In this document: piece by piece, positions 62,683 to 64,000 of the stretch
How positions within the stretch are numbered: position 1 is the first letter of the stretch
Layout of the letters: the number at the start of each line of letters is the position of its first letter
NCBI GenBank assembly: GCA_965655095.1
Contig: OZ296651.1
Location: 99,014,001 to 99,078,000 of the forward strand
DNA length: 64,000 nt
Reading direction: 5' to 3'
Source: Haplodiscus bocki
Taxonomy: Eukaryota
The notes under the pieces: model-generated
What the model was told of the DNA's origin: nothing
Database searches by the model: none
What the model saw: only the letters and a program-made list of their open reading frames with translations
Program-made: the position numbers and the translations under genes

Positions 62683-64000
62683 TCATAAACCAGCAAAGTT
62701 GTTATATTCTTCGACTGTGTTCAGCAGCGTAATACCAACGGTTTCTTTCCCAAACATAGCAACCAGTAATGAAGCTGTCAACCCTAAAATTCCATAAATT
62801 ACATAAGGTCCACAATCGTATGGTCCGAACTGGGTCTCCGAAAGAGCTCCCGCAATTGTAACTGCCAGGTTTTGGGACACGAAACATGCATTCATGGCTG
62901 TGCTCCTCAAAACTGTGGGAAACGTCTTGGGGCTAAATAAATACAAACAACTGTATGAGCAATTAATCAAGAATTTTGCAAAAATAGCAGTGGATACTGT
63001 GACGTAGCTGATAGAAAGCACTCTTGTGAAAGGTAAAAGCAGGCAAAGTAACGACCCGAGTAGAAGCCCCCATAAGGCTGTTCTTTTATGGCCAATTTTG
63101 TCAATTGATTCGAAGAGAAACAATGTTGGTAAATCACATAGATTCAGAAGTATTGAGCATGTGTACAAATTAGATCCGATGTCTTGTGCTTGGAAAATTA
63201 GGATGAAATATAATGACCCAGAGGCGGACCAAAGAAACAGATGTGTCAAAAACAGCATTGTTGGTCGGAACTTAGAACATAGATTGAAAACTAAAGGCGT
63301 TCCTTGTAACATTTTAACGTCTATAATAGCACCTGTAAGGAGGTTGGACTTTTCCGTTAAAGTGGCGGTTTTCGAATCCGGCTCTTTTGGGATCCCGTTT
63401 TTTCCAAAGGTGACCAATGAAACCTCTTTCTGATTCAATTTACAAATCCATTTCAAAACTTTCTCGCTTTCTTTCAGTTTTCCCTGACAGTAGAGCCATC
63501 TTGGGCTTTCAGGAAGACAAAAAATTGACATTGGAAACATTATGATAATAATACCAGCTATAGCAGCTATTTGCAGTCTCCAAGAAGCGATGAAAAAGTA
63601 GCCCATACAAGCTCCAATGACACCTCCCAAACCATAAAATATCTGCGAAAGCAAAGCAACTTTGCCCAAATGTTTTTCACCTGTACATTCGACTGCAATC
63701 AGATATGCCAAAGAATATGATCCACCGTTCGTTAACCCAGTTATTAATCTCAGCATTAATAATAACTCGATGTTTGGGGAAGAATACGTGCCCAAAAGTG
63801 CAATGAAGTAAATACCCAAAGATATCACACATGTTGGTTTTCTGCCAGTTTTGTCACCTAAATAGCCGGCAATGATGTTTGAAATTAAATAACCTAGCCA
63901 ATAGGACGAATGTACAAAGTAACTGTAATGTTTTTTGGGTCCACAGTCCAAATTGAACTCCTGGGTAATTGAGCTAATTCCATATTCATAAACGTAATGA
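62683..64000 (-). CDS. Host MFS transporter, SLC22 (organic cation/anion transporter)-like; start outside window
   Basis: Frame open to the window edge (YVYEYGISSITQEFNLDC); GYLGDKTGRK, SWR, LPESPRWL, DKIGHK, PKTFPTVLRSTA, KETVG motifs; multiple TM helices. Confidence 0.92.
   Translation of the reverse strand, partial: HYVYEYGISSITQEFNLDCGPKKHYSYFVHSSYWLGYLISNIIAGYLGDKTGRKPTCVISLGIYFIALLGTYSSPNIELLLMLRLITGLTNGGSYSLAYLIAVECTGEKHLGKVALLSQIFYGLGGVIGACMGYFFIASWRLQIAAIAGIIIIMFPMSIFCLPESPRWLYCQGKLKESEKVLKWICKLNQKEVSLVTFGKNGIPKEPDSKTATLTEKSNLLTGAIIDVKMLQGTPLVFNLCSKFRPTMLFLTHLFLWSASGSLYFILIFQAQDIGSNLYTCSILLNLCDLPTLFLFESIDKIGHKRTALWGLLLGSLLCLLLPFTRVLSISYVTVSTAIFAKFLINCSYSCLYLFSPKTFPTVLRSTAMNACFVSQNLAVTIAGALSETQFGPYDCGPYVIYGILGLTASLLVAMFGKETVGITLLNTVEEYNNFAGL

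Overview
AT-rich eukaryotic (probably invertebrate animal) genomic DNA with two N-gaps. About 50 kb is a graveyard of Polinton/Maverick (adintovirus-like) endogenous dsDNA viruses of different ages. Element A (1-10556, left part outside the window) is young. It carries a fibre-like gene with a MAM-like head, a membrane protein, a protease-cleavable core protein, an HNH nuclease, an rve integrase and a protein-primed PolB with an EndoVII insert, and it ends in a ~320-bp self-palindromic ACTACT terminus. Its genes start at an invariant TAAATG. Positions 10.6-18 kb hold eroded minus-strand relatives. Element B (21318-~35145) is an old TIR-bounded Polinton with decayed pPolB, packaging ATPase, major capsid and adenain genes. 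Element C (~35150-45368) has a ~5.1-kb pPolB with a VSR-like insert and extra insertions, a PC4-like gene and a small spliced PPPY gene, but no visible capsid or integrase. Positions 45.7-52.8 kb hold more decayed A-type genes. These are followed by a 1285-bp tandem duplication, Helentron-like satellite-bearing repeats and a host SLC22-type transporter ORF. All family assignments are from motif recognition by eye; no searches were run.
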